Source: a virus | Reading direction: 5' to 3' (one strand) | DNA length: 64,000 nt | Virus record (IMG/VR): IMGVR_UViG_3300033145_001595 | Location: 1 to 64,000 of that record | Shown here: positions 44,104 to 54,507 of the stretch, piece by piece | How positions within the stretch are numbered: the first letter of the stretch is position 1 | Layout of the letters: each line of letters begins with the position of its first letter | Notes under the pieces: model-generated | Database searches by the model: none | Told to the model about the DNA's origin: nothing | What the model saw: only the letters and a program-made list of their open reading frames with translations | Position numbers and translations under genes: made by a program

Positions 44104-46595
44104 TGGCGCAAGAAATAGATGAATTTGATATACAAGAAGCACCAGATGGGAAACTAATAGTAGACTTCGCATCTGCTTATACACCAAATCCCCGTCAAGC
44201 TATAGCCCATACAGCAGAGCCAAGATACGTATTATTTGGTGGCGCTATGGGAGGGGGCAAGTTTGGTCCTCTTTCTAGCACCGTATTTACACCCTTTGGC
44301 CCCAAGAAAATGGGTAACATAAAAGTAGGAGATTTAGTTTCTTGCCCTGATGGAACAAATGCAAATGTAATAAAAATATGGCCGCAAGGAATACAACAAC
44401 TTTACAAAGTAACTTTTTCTGATGGATCAAGTACACGAGTAGGCAGAGACCATCTTTGGACGTATAAAAAAGCAATGGGACGTTCTAAAATGAACTGCAC
44501 ATTACTTACGAAAGATAGAAAAATTTTAATAGATCATGCCCAAACAAACACTACTGAATTTCTAATGGATCATCTTAACAGCCGACACGAACGTAAAACT
44601 CCTTACTGGCCTTTAATTCCAATGACAGAACCTGTTCAGTTTACACCGGGATACAGAAATAAAGAAGTCTCTGTACCTATCCATCCCTATGTATTAGGAG
44701 TTCTATTGGGTGATGGATGTATAACAAATAAAAATTCATTAAATATAACAACAGGTGATACTGAAATTATAGAATTTATTCGTAATGATTGTCAGTACCA
44801 AGATATTAATACCTATACTTATCCTAATACTCCTACATCTTCCAATAAATATAGTATAAAATTTAATGGCAGAAGTAAGACTGTAATAGTTTGTGGATTA
44901 AAAAGACTTAATTTACTCGGCACCAAATCTAATACCAAGTTCATTCCAGAAGCCTATATGCACGCTTCCCTTGAAGATAGGTGGGCATTAGTTAATGGAA
45001 TGATGGATACGGATGGGTCGGCTTGGGAAAAAAATGGTCGTTGCACATGGTCGTCTGTTTCTAAAAAAATGGCCGATCAATTCCGTTGGGTACTAATGAG
45101 TCTTGGCTTCCGAGCTAACATAGTAGCAAGCGAAGGTTCCTACAAAAAGGACAATGGGGAAAAAGTTATTTGTAAGATGTCCTATGAACTTAATATTCAA
45201 GGACGCTACAAAGACAAACTATTCCGACTACCAAGAAAAATAGCTAAAACAGACCAGCGTTATAATGGCAAGCACGTAGACGACAACCCAGTACTCCGTA
45301 GAATGGTAAGCATTGAACCGGACGGTATGGAAGAGTGCCAGTGCATCACTATTAATCACCCCTATGGTCTGTACCTAACAGACGACTTTATCGTTACACA
45401 CAACAGCGTCTGGCTGTGTGCAGAAAGCATCCAATTATGCCTCGACTTCCCCGGTAATCGTGGATTTCTATGCAGGCACGAAAATATTACTTTTAGTAAA
45501 ACAACATTATTAACTTTATTAGAAATTTTACCTACAAATGGTGTAACTAAACACGATAAAAAAGATCAGTACATAGAATTTGTAAATGGTAGTAGACTAT
45601 ATTATGGTGGATTGCGTCCTACTCAAAGTCAAAGACCATTAGATAGAATTAAAAGTTGGGATTTAGGTTTCTTTGGTATTGACGAAGCCTCTGAAACACA
45701 ACGTGATTATTTCTTAATGTTGTGTACTCGTTTAAGACGCAAAGGTGTACCATCTACAGCATACAAAGGTTTATTAACAAGTAACCCTGAACCGGGATGG
45801 GTGAAGCAAGACTTTGTAGATCAACCAATGGAAAATAGCATTTTCATTCCTGCATTGCCTAGAGACAACCCAAAGCTACCAGACGACTATGAGGACCAAT
45901 TGAAGTCTGCCTTTGGTCAGACTAAGGGTTGGGTTGAACGTTACTTAGAGGGCGACTGGAACGCTCCTATGGGGCTAGCCGGGGAGTTCTACGTGTTCTC
46001 GTGGTCAATGATCCAACAAGCCGCACGAATAGACTTAATGTCTACGTTAGAGCCTGTAGAAATGGGTATTGATGTTGCTCGTAGTGGTTCCGATAAAACT
46101 GTTATGTATTTAAGACGCGGACCAAATGCACAGTTATTAGTAGACGATCATATAACTGATACAATGGCAGTAGCAGAACTCGCAAAGTCGCTTATTGAGC
46201 GGTATAATCCTAGTGTAGTAAGGGTGGATGCTATCGGTATAGGTGCTGGTGTTTACGATAGGCTTCATCAATTTTATCCTGAAGATGATCGTATTGTAGA
46301 ATTTGTAGCTGGTAGTACTGCGGTTGAAAGTGAAAGATTTTTTAATGCTCGTAGTGAAATTGCTTGGTTAATTCGGGAACGGGCAGAACGTGGAGAAATT
46401 AGTATACCCGATGATCCAGAATTACATGGACAAATGACTGCACTGAGATATAAATTAAGAGCAGATAAAAAAATACAAATAGAAGGAAAAGAAGATATGA
46501 GAAAGAGGGGTATGCGTAGCCCCGATAAATTTGATGCGTTATGTTTGACTTTTGGTGGTGGGAAACAGGGTGAACTTTTTATAGCATTTGGGTGA
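44103..46595 (+). CDS. terminase large subunit containing an intein
   Basis: GGAMGGGK|S, IDEASE, TSNP, DNPKL, GIDVARSGSD, DAIGIG, SPDKFDA. Confidence 0.92.
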   Translation: MAQEIDEFDIQEAPDGKLIVDFASAYTPNPRQAIAHTAEPRYVLFGGAMGGGKFGPLSSTVFTPFGPKKMGNIKVGDLVSCPDGTNANVIKIWPQGIQQLYKVTFSDGSSTRVGRDHLWTYKKAMGRSKMNCTLLTKDRKILIDHAQTNTTEFLMDHLNSRHERKTPYWPLIPMTEPVQFTPGYRNKEVSVPIHPYVLGVLLGDGCITNKNSLNITTGDTEIIEFIRNDCQYQDINTYTYPNTPTSSNKYSIKFNGRSKTVIVCGLKRLNLLGTKSNTKFIPEAYMHASLEDRWALVNGMMDTDGSAWEKNGRCTWSSVSKKMADQFRWVLMSLGFRANIVASEGSYKKDNGEKVICKMSYELNIQGRYKDKLFRLPRKIAKTDQRYNGKHVDDNPVLRRMVSIEPDGMEECQCITINHPYGLYLTDDFIVTHNSVWLCAESIQLCLDFPGNRGFLCRHENITFSKTTLLTLLEILPTNGVTKHDKKDQYIEFVNGSRLYYGGLRPTQSQRPLDRIKSWDLGFFGIDEASETQRDYFLMLCTRLRRKGVPSTAYKGLLTSNPEPGWVKQDFVDQPMENSIFIPALPRDNPKLPDDYEDQLKSAFGQTKGWVERYLEGDWNAPMGLAGEFYVFSWSMIQQAARIDLMSTLEPVEMGIDVARSGSDKTVMYLRRGPNAQLLVDDHITDTMAVAELAKSLIERYNPSVVRVDAIGIGAGVYDRLHQFYPEDDRIVEFVAGSTAVESERFFNARSEIAWLIRERAERGEISIPDDPELHGQMTALRYKLRADKKIQIEGKEDMRKRGMRSPDKFDALCLTFGGGKQGELFIAFG
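44262..45404 (+). mobile_element. class-3 intein with LAGLIDADG homing endonuclease (381 aa)
   Basis: inserted in Walker A (GGGK/S); block B DHLW, block F CQCI, block G VTHN; LGVLLGDG and NGMMDTDG. Confidence 0.88.
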
Positions 46596-47467
46596 TAAAA
46601 ATGCCTATGCCAAATATCTATAAAGATAATATAAAATACAATTATGATGTAAATGCTATAGTTGATATGTACAATGAAATTGAACGTATTGTACAAATGA
46701 ATAGTAATCTATTATTAGATGCTACAGGAATAGCAGGTTTATGTGAGATAATAAAAAAATGTTATCCACAACTTTCAACAAATGCAGTAATGAACCTTAT
46801 TGAAATATATAGTGTAGCTTATTATGATGAAGAATATCTTACAGCAGAGGAACCAAATGAAATTACCTACATAGACACCAAAGCGAAAGAACTAAAGTGG
46901 AATACTGAATACTTAAAAAAAAGTCAAATTGCCATAAATAACTGGCTTGGTGAAACGAAAAAGGAAAGAATCTTTGACCCCAAAAAAATAGAAAAAGCAT
47001 TCAAAATTCCACCACTAAACACTATATCAAATGTTCCTAGACCAGAAAGTTTTCCAACTGATACGTACGAGGCACTTAATACCCCAAAAGCGCAAGAGGC
47101 CCTAAATGAACTATTAACAAACGCCGCAAAACGTAAACGAACCCCCGGTATGGCCACGGAAAGAAAAAAGGTGGATAAAGGCACAGATGTAGAAATTACA
47201 GAACAATACTTAGCATCTATAATGCGAGATATGTCTTGTGTGGTAAAAATAGATGGTACAGTTTATTATGGAATGATAACACAATACACTGTTGACCAAC
47301 CAACCGGGGGGGTGCTTGAATATACAATAGAATTTGTTGTTATGGATATAACTACTACAATGGATAATAATAAAACACCAACAATAGAAATGGCAGAGCC
47401 AAAAAAGTTTATAACAGGTTTTGATAAAAGACTAAGCAATCTAGAACTGGAGATAGATGATGTCTAA
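46592..47467 (+). CDS. hypothetical protein
   Basis: long ORF. Confidence 0.6.
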   Translation: MIKMPMPNIYKDNIKYNYDVNAIVDMYNEIERIVQMNSNLLLDATGIAGLCEIIKKCYPQLSTNAVMNLIEIYSVAYYDEEYLTAEEPNEITYIDTKAKELKWNTEYLKKSQIAINNWLGETKKERIFDPKKIEKAFKIPPLNTISNVPRPESFPTDTYEALNTPKAQEALNELLTNAAKRKRTPGMATERKKVDKGTDVEITEQYLASIMRDMSCVVKIDGTVYYGMITQYTVDQPTGGVLEYTIEFVVMDITTTMDNNKTPTIEMAEPKKFITGFDKRLSNLELEIDDV

Positions 47468-47792
47468 TACAGATGCAAAAGTTTTAAATATGAAACTTAT
47501 AGCAGAAATGCTTCCAGATAACAGAGCTTTAGTAAATATAGGTTCTGACGAAGTTCTTCCTCTCATGATATTTAAAACAAAATTTGAAACAGATCGCCCA
47601 ACTCGTATGACACAAACTATGAATGATCCCATAGGTACACCAATATATGAATCGTCAACTAATAAAATTACAATAAGATGTGTACAAATTACTAATAATA
47701 ATATAACCATCAAACAACCAAAAAAAGAACTCCAAAAAAAGGCATCAACTTTACAATATGAACAAATGTTTGATAATTTAGAAATAGAATAA
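47457..47792 (+). CDS. hypothetical protein
   Basis: packed in operon. Confidence 0.55.
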   Translation: MMSNTDAKVLNMKLIAEMLPDNRALVNIGSDEVLPLMIFKTKFETDRPTRMTQTMNDPIGTPIYESSTNKITIRCVQITNNNITIKQPKKELQKKASTLQYEQMFDNLEIE

Positions 47793-47811
47793 ACCAGTAG
47801 AAAGGACAAAA

Positions 47812-48216
47812 ATGCTTAATGACAGTTATGCAGACAGACGTTGTACAGTTCTTTTTTCCCGTGAATGTTTAGCGGAACTTTTGAATCTTCCCCAAGGTGC
47901 TATTATTACTAATGTACAATGGGAAGATAAGAGAAGAATTTTTATTATGAGTATCGAGAACATTCCCTTTGGTTCCAAACCAGATGACGGAGCACCTGTA
48001 GAATTTGATGGAGTTACTGTTGTACATACACCACATCATATTGTACATTGGCCTGCACCAGCAGCAACCGTCAACTCTCCAATAGTTCAATTGAGAGATC
48101 ACCAGAATACAGACCCGTCTAACAATAACCAAGCACCTAGTTTATCAGGATTTAATCTTGGCGCGGTATTAGAAATGCAACTACCAACTAACACAGATGA
48201 GGAGTCAAATGAGTAA
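47812..48216 (+). CDS. hypothetical protein
   Basis: AAAGGA RBS. Confidence 0.55.
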   Translation: MLNDSYADRRCTVLFSRECLAELLNLPQGAIITNVQWEDKRRIFIMSIENIPFGSKPDDGAPVEFDGVTVVHTPHHIVHWPAPAATVNSPIVQLRDHQNTDPSNNNQAPSLSGFNLGAVLEMQLPTNTDEESNE

Positions 48217-49102
48217 TGAATATTATATAGATTCACTACCTTACCAACAAGATTTATTAGCAGATTCTACAAAATGGAATGCCCTACTCATTTTAGATGC
48301 ATGTAGATATGATTATCTAAAAGACGAAATAGATAGTATCAATAAAAGTTCACCAGATAGTGTACAAAAAGTACAGGTTTCCCCTGTAAGGACATTTACA
48401 CATACTACTATTTTGTGGATGTATTCTGTAATGCCCATTTTTGCAAGAAGAAAAGTTAGATATTATACTGCTAACCCACAAACAAATATTCAACTAAAAA
48501 AACATTATCCAAGAATACCAGTAGAATCAATTTGGGATAAAGGTTGGTGGCGAACAACGCGCCTAAGTATACCATCTGTAAATCCCTGGACTGTAAACGG
48601 TTGGGTACTAGCAGACCTACAACATAGAATACAGAAAGGAGCTTATCCTATAGTCGTACACTACATACAACCTCACTTCCCGGCAATAGGTGAACCACCA
48701 ATGAAGGTAGGAGCATGGGGTACAATTACAAATCCTTTTTCAAAAGCTACTAAGGATGAATGCCCACAACCATTAAAAGAATTAGCAAATGGTGTTATCA
48801 CTATAGAACAGTACCGAGAAGCATATCGGGGAAACGTGCGCCTTGTTGCTGAGGCTGCATTGGCACTGGCCAATAACATAAAAGGTCCAGTTATTATAAC
48901 TGCTGACCACGGGGAGGCTTTAGGAGAATATGAAGAACGAGAAGATGGACAAAAGGTAATGCGTATAGGACATTCAGACAGGTACAAACAACTTAATAAT
49001 GAACTATTAGTTGTACCATGGATTGTTGTTAATCCAACGCCGGATGAGCGGACTGAAGAAGAAAAAATGCATGAAAGATTAAATGCCCTAGGATATGAAT
49101 AA
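48197..49102 (+). CDS. alkaline phosphatase/sulfatase superfamily protein
   Basis: LDACRYD, HYIQPHFP, TADHGE, IGH, VPW, ERLNALGY. Confidence 0.8.
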   Translation: MRSQMSNEYYIDSLPYQQDLLADSTKWNALLILDACRYDYLKDEIDSINKSSPDSVQKVQVSPVRTFTHTTILWMYSVMPIFARRKVRYYTANPQTNIQLKKHYPRIPVESIWDKGWWRTTRLSIPSVNPWTVNGWVLADLQHRIQKGAYPIVVHYIQPHFPAIGEPPMKVGAWGTITNPFSKATKDECPQPLKELANGVITIEQYREAYRGNVRLVAEAALALANNIKGPVIITADHGEALGEYEEREDGQKVMRIGHSDRYKQLNNELLVVPWIVVNPTPDERTEEEKMHERLNALGYE

Positions 49103-49113
49103 GGAGAAATAAA

Positions 49114-49338
49114 ATGCGTAAACACAACTCAAGAGAAATTACATTTTATTCAGCGTCTATACGTAATGAAGTAATTCGGATTAGTAATAAGCTTATTTCA
49201 GTTGGTTGTAAAATTATTGCTGTTACTTTTGCAGATGATAGGGGAATGGGACATCCTAATTATACAATTTGGACATTACTGCCCGCATCAAAAGGAAGGG
49301 ATGAAATTACAGAAGAAATAAGAAATATTGAAGAATGA
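49114..49338 (+). CDS. hypothetical protein
   Basis: AAGGAG RBS. Confidence 0.55.
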   Translation: MRKHNSREITFYSASIRNEVIRISNKLISVGCKIIAVTFADDRGMGHPNYTIWTLLPASKGRDEITEEIRNIEE

Positions 49339-49474
49339 GTTACATTAAACGACAAATAGATAATCGTATGTATGGGGAGTTTAGAAGAAATCAACCCATA
49401 ATATTTAAGAAAAAGGAACCTGTAAAAAAAGTAATTAAACAGGTTCCTAAAAAAGAAACTTCTAACTGGTTACT

Positions 49475-50449
49475 TTAGTACTCCCCATATGGTGTCCTAC
49501 TCATTTTGGCAGAATCCAACCTAGGAAAGACAAACTTCTGCAAAAATTCCATTGACGAGAACTTAGAAATGGATACCATATGTGCCCTCTCCCCCCGAAT
49601 ACCCGGAGAATTTAATATGTCTTTCCAGTCCTCAGCCCAATGCCTACCGTATCGTTCTTTCAACCCTGCACACCAAAAATTCTCATAAATACTATCATCA
49701 AATAAAATCCTAGACGAATACACCCTATTAATTACCTCATGCCACTTAGGCGTGCTATGTGGACCAAATCCCTTTATACCATGAAAATGATGGGCTTTTG
49801 TATCAACTAATATAGGCACATCTGCAAACCAAGCCTTCATACACATAGTAGCATCGCTGTAAGACCAATAGCCGGGCAAATTGGCCCATCCATTAAGGTA
49901 ATCATACACTGCCTTCTTCATGGTCATACCACACGCATACGAGCCATTACGTCGTTGGTAATGAACAGGATGCTTATTCACTGACATGTACCATCGCCAT
50001 TTACTTGCAGCAAACGTAAATCCACCTCCATAGTTCGTTCCTCTGACCGGAAGGTCCGGTAGTGGTGTCCAGGGGTCGGTAAGTCTGTGCTGTGTCAATC
50101 CAGGTGTTATGATACTGTCTGGATGCTCATTAACGGATGCCTCTAATGATTCAAAGAAGCCGGGAGTTGGCCATACATGGGCATCTATGAAACAAATAGT
50201 ATCTCCAGTACTAAGTTGTGCTCCCATCCTTCTACAATTTGAAACTCCCCCACGAGTTTCTTTTAATATAGGAAGGAACGTAGGATAACGATCTGCAAAA
50301 CCTAAAAGAATTTCTCTTGTTTTGTCTGTTGAACAATCATCTATAATTATTAACTCGTGTGGGGACTCCGGTAAAACATCACATATAGCCTGCATCGACC
50401 GGGGAAGCCATTTTGCTTCATTATAAGTAGGTATGACAATGCTTAACAT
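49475..50449 (-). CDS. GT-A glycosyltransferase (GT2/ppGalNAc-T-like)
   Basis: SIVIPTYNE, IDDCSTD, FIDAH, GYWSYSD. Confidence 0.85.
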   Translation of the reverse strand: MLSIVIPTYNEAKWLPRSMQAICDVLPESPHELIIIDDCSTDKTREILLGFADRYPTFLPILKETRGGVSNCRRMGAQLSTGDTICFIDAHVWPTPGFFESLEASVNEHPDSIITPGLTQHRLTDPWTPLPDLPVRGTNYGGGFTFAASKWRWYMSVNKHPVHYQRRNGSYACGMTMKKAVYDYLNGWANLPGYWSYSDATMCMKAWFADVPILVDTKAHHFHGIKGFGPHSTPKWHEVINRVYSSRILFDDSIYENFWCAGLKERYGRHWAEDWKDILNSPGIRGERAHMVSISKFSSMEFLQKFVFPRLDSAKMSRTPYGEY

Positions 50450-51687
50450 TATTCTTCTCCAGTGTAAAACTTAACAATAGTGTTAACAACATATTTAACT
50501 TTTTCACGCGGAATAGTAGGCCACATAGGCAAAGATAAAATTCTTTCGGACATATGATCTGTAATTGCAAATTCATTTGTAATTTCAGTATTATTATTTC
50601 TTGTTTTGTACATAGGCATTGTATGTAATGGATTAGGATAGTGAACACCTGTATGCACATCATGTTCTTTCAAGTAACTGACAAGTTTATCTCGCTGTTC
50701 AGCTAAAATAACAAAATGATGATAAACTGAATCATAATTTGTATTTGACAAACTATTATATTTAATATGGTCATTGCCAACAAAACTTATTGGTATACGA
50801 TGTTTAAGAAAATAATGATAATACCATTGTGCTACCACTTTTCTTTTTAAGTTATTATATGAAAGTTTAGTTAATTTTCTTATTAATACAGCAGCTTGAA
50901 ATTCATCAAGTCTACTATTATAACCAAGTAACGTATGTTCATTTTTTGCAGATTGTCCATGATGTTGTAACTGTTTTATTTTTAAAGCAACAAAATCAGC
51001 AAAACTAGAAGATTCCACATTGTTTACTGTAATTACACCACCATCTCCATAACAACCTAAATTCTTTATTGGCCCACAACTAAAACAACCAATGTCCCCA
51101 ACACTTCCAAGTTTTTGTATTGGTTTGTTATTACTATTATTAAAATAACACCCACCATGTGCATGAGAACAATCCTCAATTAAAAACAATTTATGATTGT
51201 CCGCTATTTCCCGTAAACACGTAACAGGTTCAATATGATAAGAAGCATTTGAACTTACCCAAGTATAAATATCAGCAGGGATACCATGCATATGAACAAC
51301 TAAAATAGCTTTTGTTCTCTTTGTTATTTTACTAATAACTTCTTCCACATTAGGGCCACACGATACCCTATCCACGTCAACTAAAATAGGTGTGGCTCCA
51401 ACATGATAGATAGCTTCCAGGTCTGCCGCGAAAGCATTGTCCTGTAGGATTACCTCATCACCAGAACCTATGCCAAGAGCCAGCATTCCAAGGATAAGCG
51501 CATCTGTACCGCTTGCAACACCTACGGCGTATGTGGAACCTATGTACTCTGCAAATCGTGTCTGAAAGGCTGACAGATACGGACCTTTGAGTAGACGACC
51601 AGAATTCATTATATTAGTCAAGTCATTACTAATTTCATTTTTAATATAATCATCTTCTACTGATAAATCTAATAAAGGCACATACAT
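50449..51687 (-). CDS. DegT/DnrJ/EryC1/StrS sugar aminotransferase
   Basis: SGTDAL, VHMHG, IEDCSHAHG, PIKNLGCYGDGG, GYNSRLDE. Confidence 0.92.
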   Translation of the reverse strand: MYVPLLDLSVEDDYIKNEISNDLTNIMNSGRLLKGPYLSAFQTRFAEYIGSTYAVGVASGTDALILGMLALGIGSGDEVILQDNAFAADLEAIYHVGATPILVDVDRVSCGPNVEEVISKITKRTKAILVVHMHGIPADIYTWVSSNASYHIEPVTCLREIADNHKLFLIEDCSHAHGGCYFNNSNNKPIQKLGSVGDIGCFSCGPIKNLGCYGDGGVITVNNVESSSFADFVALKIKQLQHHGQSAKNEHTLLGYNSRLDEFQAAVLIRKLTKLSYNNLKRKVVAQWYYHYFLKHRIPISFVGNDHIKYNSLSNTNYDSVYHHFVILAEQRDKLVSYLKEHDVHTGVHYPNPLHTMPMYKTRNNNTEITNEFAITDHMSERILSLPMWPTIPREKVKYVVNTIVKFYTGEE

Positions 51688-51705
51688 TTTTACACTCTTT
51701 TCTAT

Positions 51706-52761
51706 TTATGAATTTATGTCTGTAACATTAAAATTCTTACGTTCTAATGCATCACAAACGAGAAAGGTAGCCGGTGCTGCATCTGATATGGAGCATAGTG
51801 GTGTGGCATCATGGCGAACACAATCATAAAAATTCTCATAAATATCTACTGATTCAACAGTTTCTCCAATACTTAAAATAGGAGCTTCACCTTTACTATG
51901 AACCTCAATATAATTTTGTGTAACAGTAATAGTTTCTCCACCATAACTACGAATTGTAATAGTGGGAGTTCCATTTTTATCCATAACTGTAGAACCAGAA
52001 TAAACAAATTCTATTTGTTTTCTTTCAGAAGATATTTGACAACTTATATTTGCTTTATCATCCATTTCTAAGCCAATACAATTTTTCCTTATTTTGTAAA
52101 AATAAGCTCGTATATCATCAAAAGAAAAACCACCAGAAAGTTCACATACACCAGCAAGCCATAGTCCTAATTGAATCCAATGAATACCTTGATTCATAGT
52201 AGAACCATCAAACAAATCCATACCATTAAAGGCACGCTTACCAAACCATTGAGAATTATCATAATAAGCATTTTCTCTACGACAGGGTACTATTATTTTT
52301 ATACTTTCTACTGAATCTTGATTTTCAAAGATATTTTTTTCAATATAAAGTTTAGCAGCCTGTGCTGTTTTATCTCCCATATGATGATACCCAATACATA
52401 ATTTACTTCCTTCATGTTTACGCATTACTTCTTTTATTTTGCATACTCCTACTATATTAGGAGCTAAAGGTTTTTCACAGAAAACAGCAACACCCCTACT
52501 AAGAAAATATTTTACTATTTTTTCATTTAATGCATAAGGTACTGAAACAAAAACAGCTTCAAGTTTGGGATCACTAGGGAAACTAGCAATTTTTTCATAA
52601 TCATATACTCGCTTTGGTCCATGTATATGTCTTTTAGAAGAATCACATACAGAAATAACATTAAAATTCAATGAGTTCTCAAGAGCATTATAATGTGTAT
52701 GACCCCTCTTGCCCATTCCTATAACTGCTACATTAACTGGCTTACCATTACTCGTTCCCAT
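51706..52761 (-). CDS. Gfo/Idh/MocA NAD-dependent oxidoreductase
   Basis: VIGMGKRG, CEKPLA, NQGIH. Confidence 0.85.
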   Translation of the reverse strand: MGTSNGKPVNVAVIGMGKRGHTHYNALENSLNFNVISVCDSSKRHIHGPKRVYDYEKIASFPSDPKLEAVFVSVPYALNEKIVKYFLSRGVAVFCEKPLAPNIVGVCKIKEVMRKHEGSKLCIGYHHMGDKTAQAAKLYIEKNIFENQDSVESIKIIVPCRRENAYYDNSQWFGKRAFNGMDLFDGSTMNQGIHWIQLGLWLAGVCELSGGFSFDDIRAYFYKIRKNCIGLEMDDKANISCQISSERKQIEFVYSGSTVMDKNGTPTITIRSYGGETITVTQNYIEVHSKGEAPILSIGETVESVDIYENFYDCVRHDATPLCSISDAAPATFLVCDALERKNFNVTDINS

Positions 52762-52779
52762 CTGTCTGCCCTCTCTATC

Positions 52780-53559
52780 TTATACTGTAAAGTAAGGGGT
52801 AACTACGTTCAAGTACATCTCCCAAAGAAGTTGCTCTACCTCAATATCTACTTTTGTACTATCCCATTGCACTATACCAATTCCAGTTGCCCACGGTCTA
52901 AGCTTCCTATCCCATTCATCTATACCTATAGTTTTATAAATAATGCCTTGCTTATCAAAAACATTTGTTAACCTACCCCAAGCACGTTTAACAAGCTTCG
53001 TTCTACCTACATCGTGAAAGCCAATGACACCACCATCCACAACATATTTACGAAATGCTAAATAATCATGTACAACATGATTAGTTTTATGACACCCATC
53101 AATATAAAGAAATTGACACATTCCAAATTTAGTTGCTATTATTTGCGCTCGGGGATCAACTGAATTACCAACAAATTGTTCTACATAAATTCCAGATGTC
53201 CTCATATAATCTAAAGCTCTATACAAAGGAGCAGTAGCATGTTTTCTATCACATAAATCTATTGATAAAAAACTACAAGTACGTGTAGGATCAAATAAAC
53301 TATTAAATGCTAATCCGGTTCCACCACAGTAAGAACCAATTTCAATAATTTTACAAACCTTATGACCTAAATTTGTTTCAATAATTTCATTTACCATTTG
53401 GCATAAACGCACTAATTGACTAGTATCATGTCTAATTTCACATTCAAGCTCATCTGCTTTATTTACCATGTCCATAACACGATGTGCTATATCCAAAGAA
53501 CCATAATCTTTTCTGTTTAATTCACCCCGTAAATCAAGTGACTCTTTTTGAGTAACCAT
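52780..53559 (-). CDS. Methyltransf_24-like SAM methyltransferase (sugar O-methyltransferase-like)
   Basis: IEIGSYCGGT, YIDGCH, GGVIGFHD. Confidence 0.8.
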   Translation of the reverse strand: MVTQKESLDLRGELNRKDYGSLDIAHRVMDMVNKADELECEIRHDTSQLVRLCQMVNEIIETNLGHKVCKIIEIGSYCGGTGLAFNSLFDPTRTCSFLSIDLCDRKHATAPLYRALDYMRTSGIYVEQFVGNSVDPRAQIIATKFGMCQFLYIDGCHKTNHVVHDYLAFRKYVVDGGVIGFHDVGRTKLVKRAWGRLTNVFDKQGIIYKTIGIDEWDRKLRPWATGIGIVQWDSTKVDIEVEQLLWEMYLNVVTPYFTV

Positions 53560-54498
53560 TTAACATTCCTTTCCTATTTTTTCAAAATACATTCCAACAC
53601 GTCCTGTTGAAAGTCGCCTTGTAAACCTACCAAACTCTTTATCACGATCTTCTAATTTACTAATAAATTCTAATAATTTCATATAAACTACTTCTAATCT
53701 ATCCATTGTAAAATCAACATAATTATCTTCAAGGTACGGTATCAAAGGATACCCATTACCAAAATCTACATTCTTTTCTTTCCAAAGTCGTCCAGCTTTT
53801 GCATCAGCTTTACCAGACCGACACAAGTGTTTTAATCCATCGTAAATTCTATATACATAAGTATATGCATCAAATGGTGGATTTGGATGATGAATAATTT
53901 TATTTCTTTTATGGTAATCCATAATAAGCGGTAATTCAATACTTCTATTACCTACTTTGTAAGGAACACTAGTACCCGCTCTAAAAATCATTTGACCATC
54001 ATACCTACCAGTGCGTATATCAAGTGGTTTCCATTTTGGTGATGGAACATACTTTGGATCACGCATCCTCCAAGCAGCTTCATATTTAACACATTCCATA
54101 TCTTCATTATCAAGTAATTTTCCAACTCCATATTCAAGATGCCACGGAAGATAAATATCATCATCTTCCCAATGTGCAATAAAGTCTGTTTCAGCATTAT
54201 CTAACAATGATTGTTTTTTATTACTAAGTTGTTCGTACTCATCACTATTAACTATTCGTATAGCCTTTTTAGTAGCAACATATTCATATTCGTACTGTGG
54301 CTCTCCTACATCATCAGTATAAAGCACAAGCGGCGTAGGTGCATCATTACCAATGACCAGTGTAGACATTCCGGGATAGCCCTGAGACAAAAACGATGCT
54401 ATAGCATCTCGTACTTTATCATGTCTACCATATGTAGGACAGATACAAGTAACATGAGGCCAGTAGTAATGCTCAAAAAGTCTTTTTTTCAATGGCAT
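53560..54498 (-). CDS. GT2-family glycosyltransferase
   Basis: CPTYGR, NDA, HWEDDDIYLPWH. Confidence 0.8.
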   Translation of the reverse strand: MPLKKRLFEHYYWPHVTCICPTYGRHDKVRDAIASFLSQGYPGMSTLVIGNDAPTPLVLYTDDVGEPQYEYEYVATKKAIRIVNSDEYEQLSNKKQSLLDNAETDFIAHWEDDDIYLPWHLEYGVGKLLDNEDMECVKYEAAWRMRDPKYVPSPKWKPLDIRTGRYDGQMIFRAGTSVPYKVGNRSIELPLIMDYHKRNKIIHHPNPPFDAYTYVYRIYDGLKHLCRSGKADAKAGRLWKEKNVDFGNGYPLIPYLEDNYVDFTMDRLEVVYMKLLEFISKLEDRDKEFGRFTRRLSTGRVGMYFEKIGKEC

Positions 54499-54507
54499 AT
54501 TATTGTA

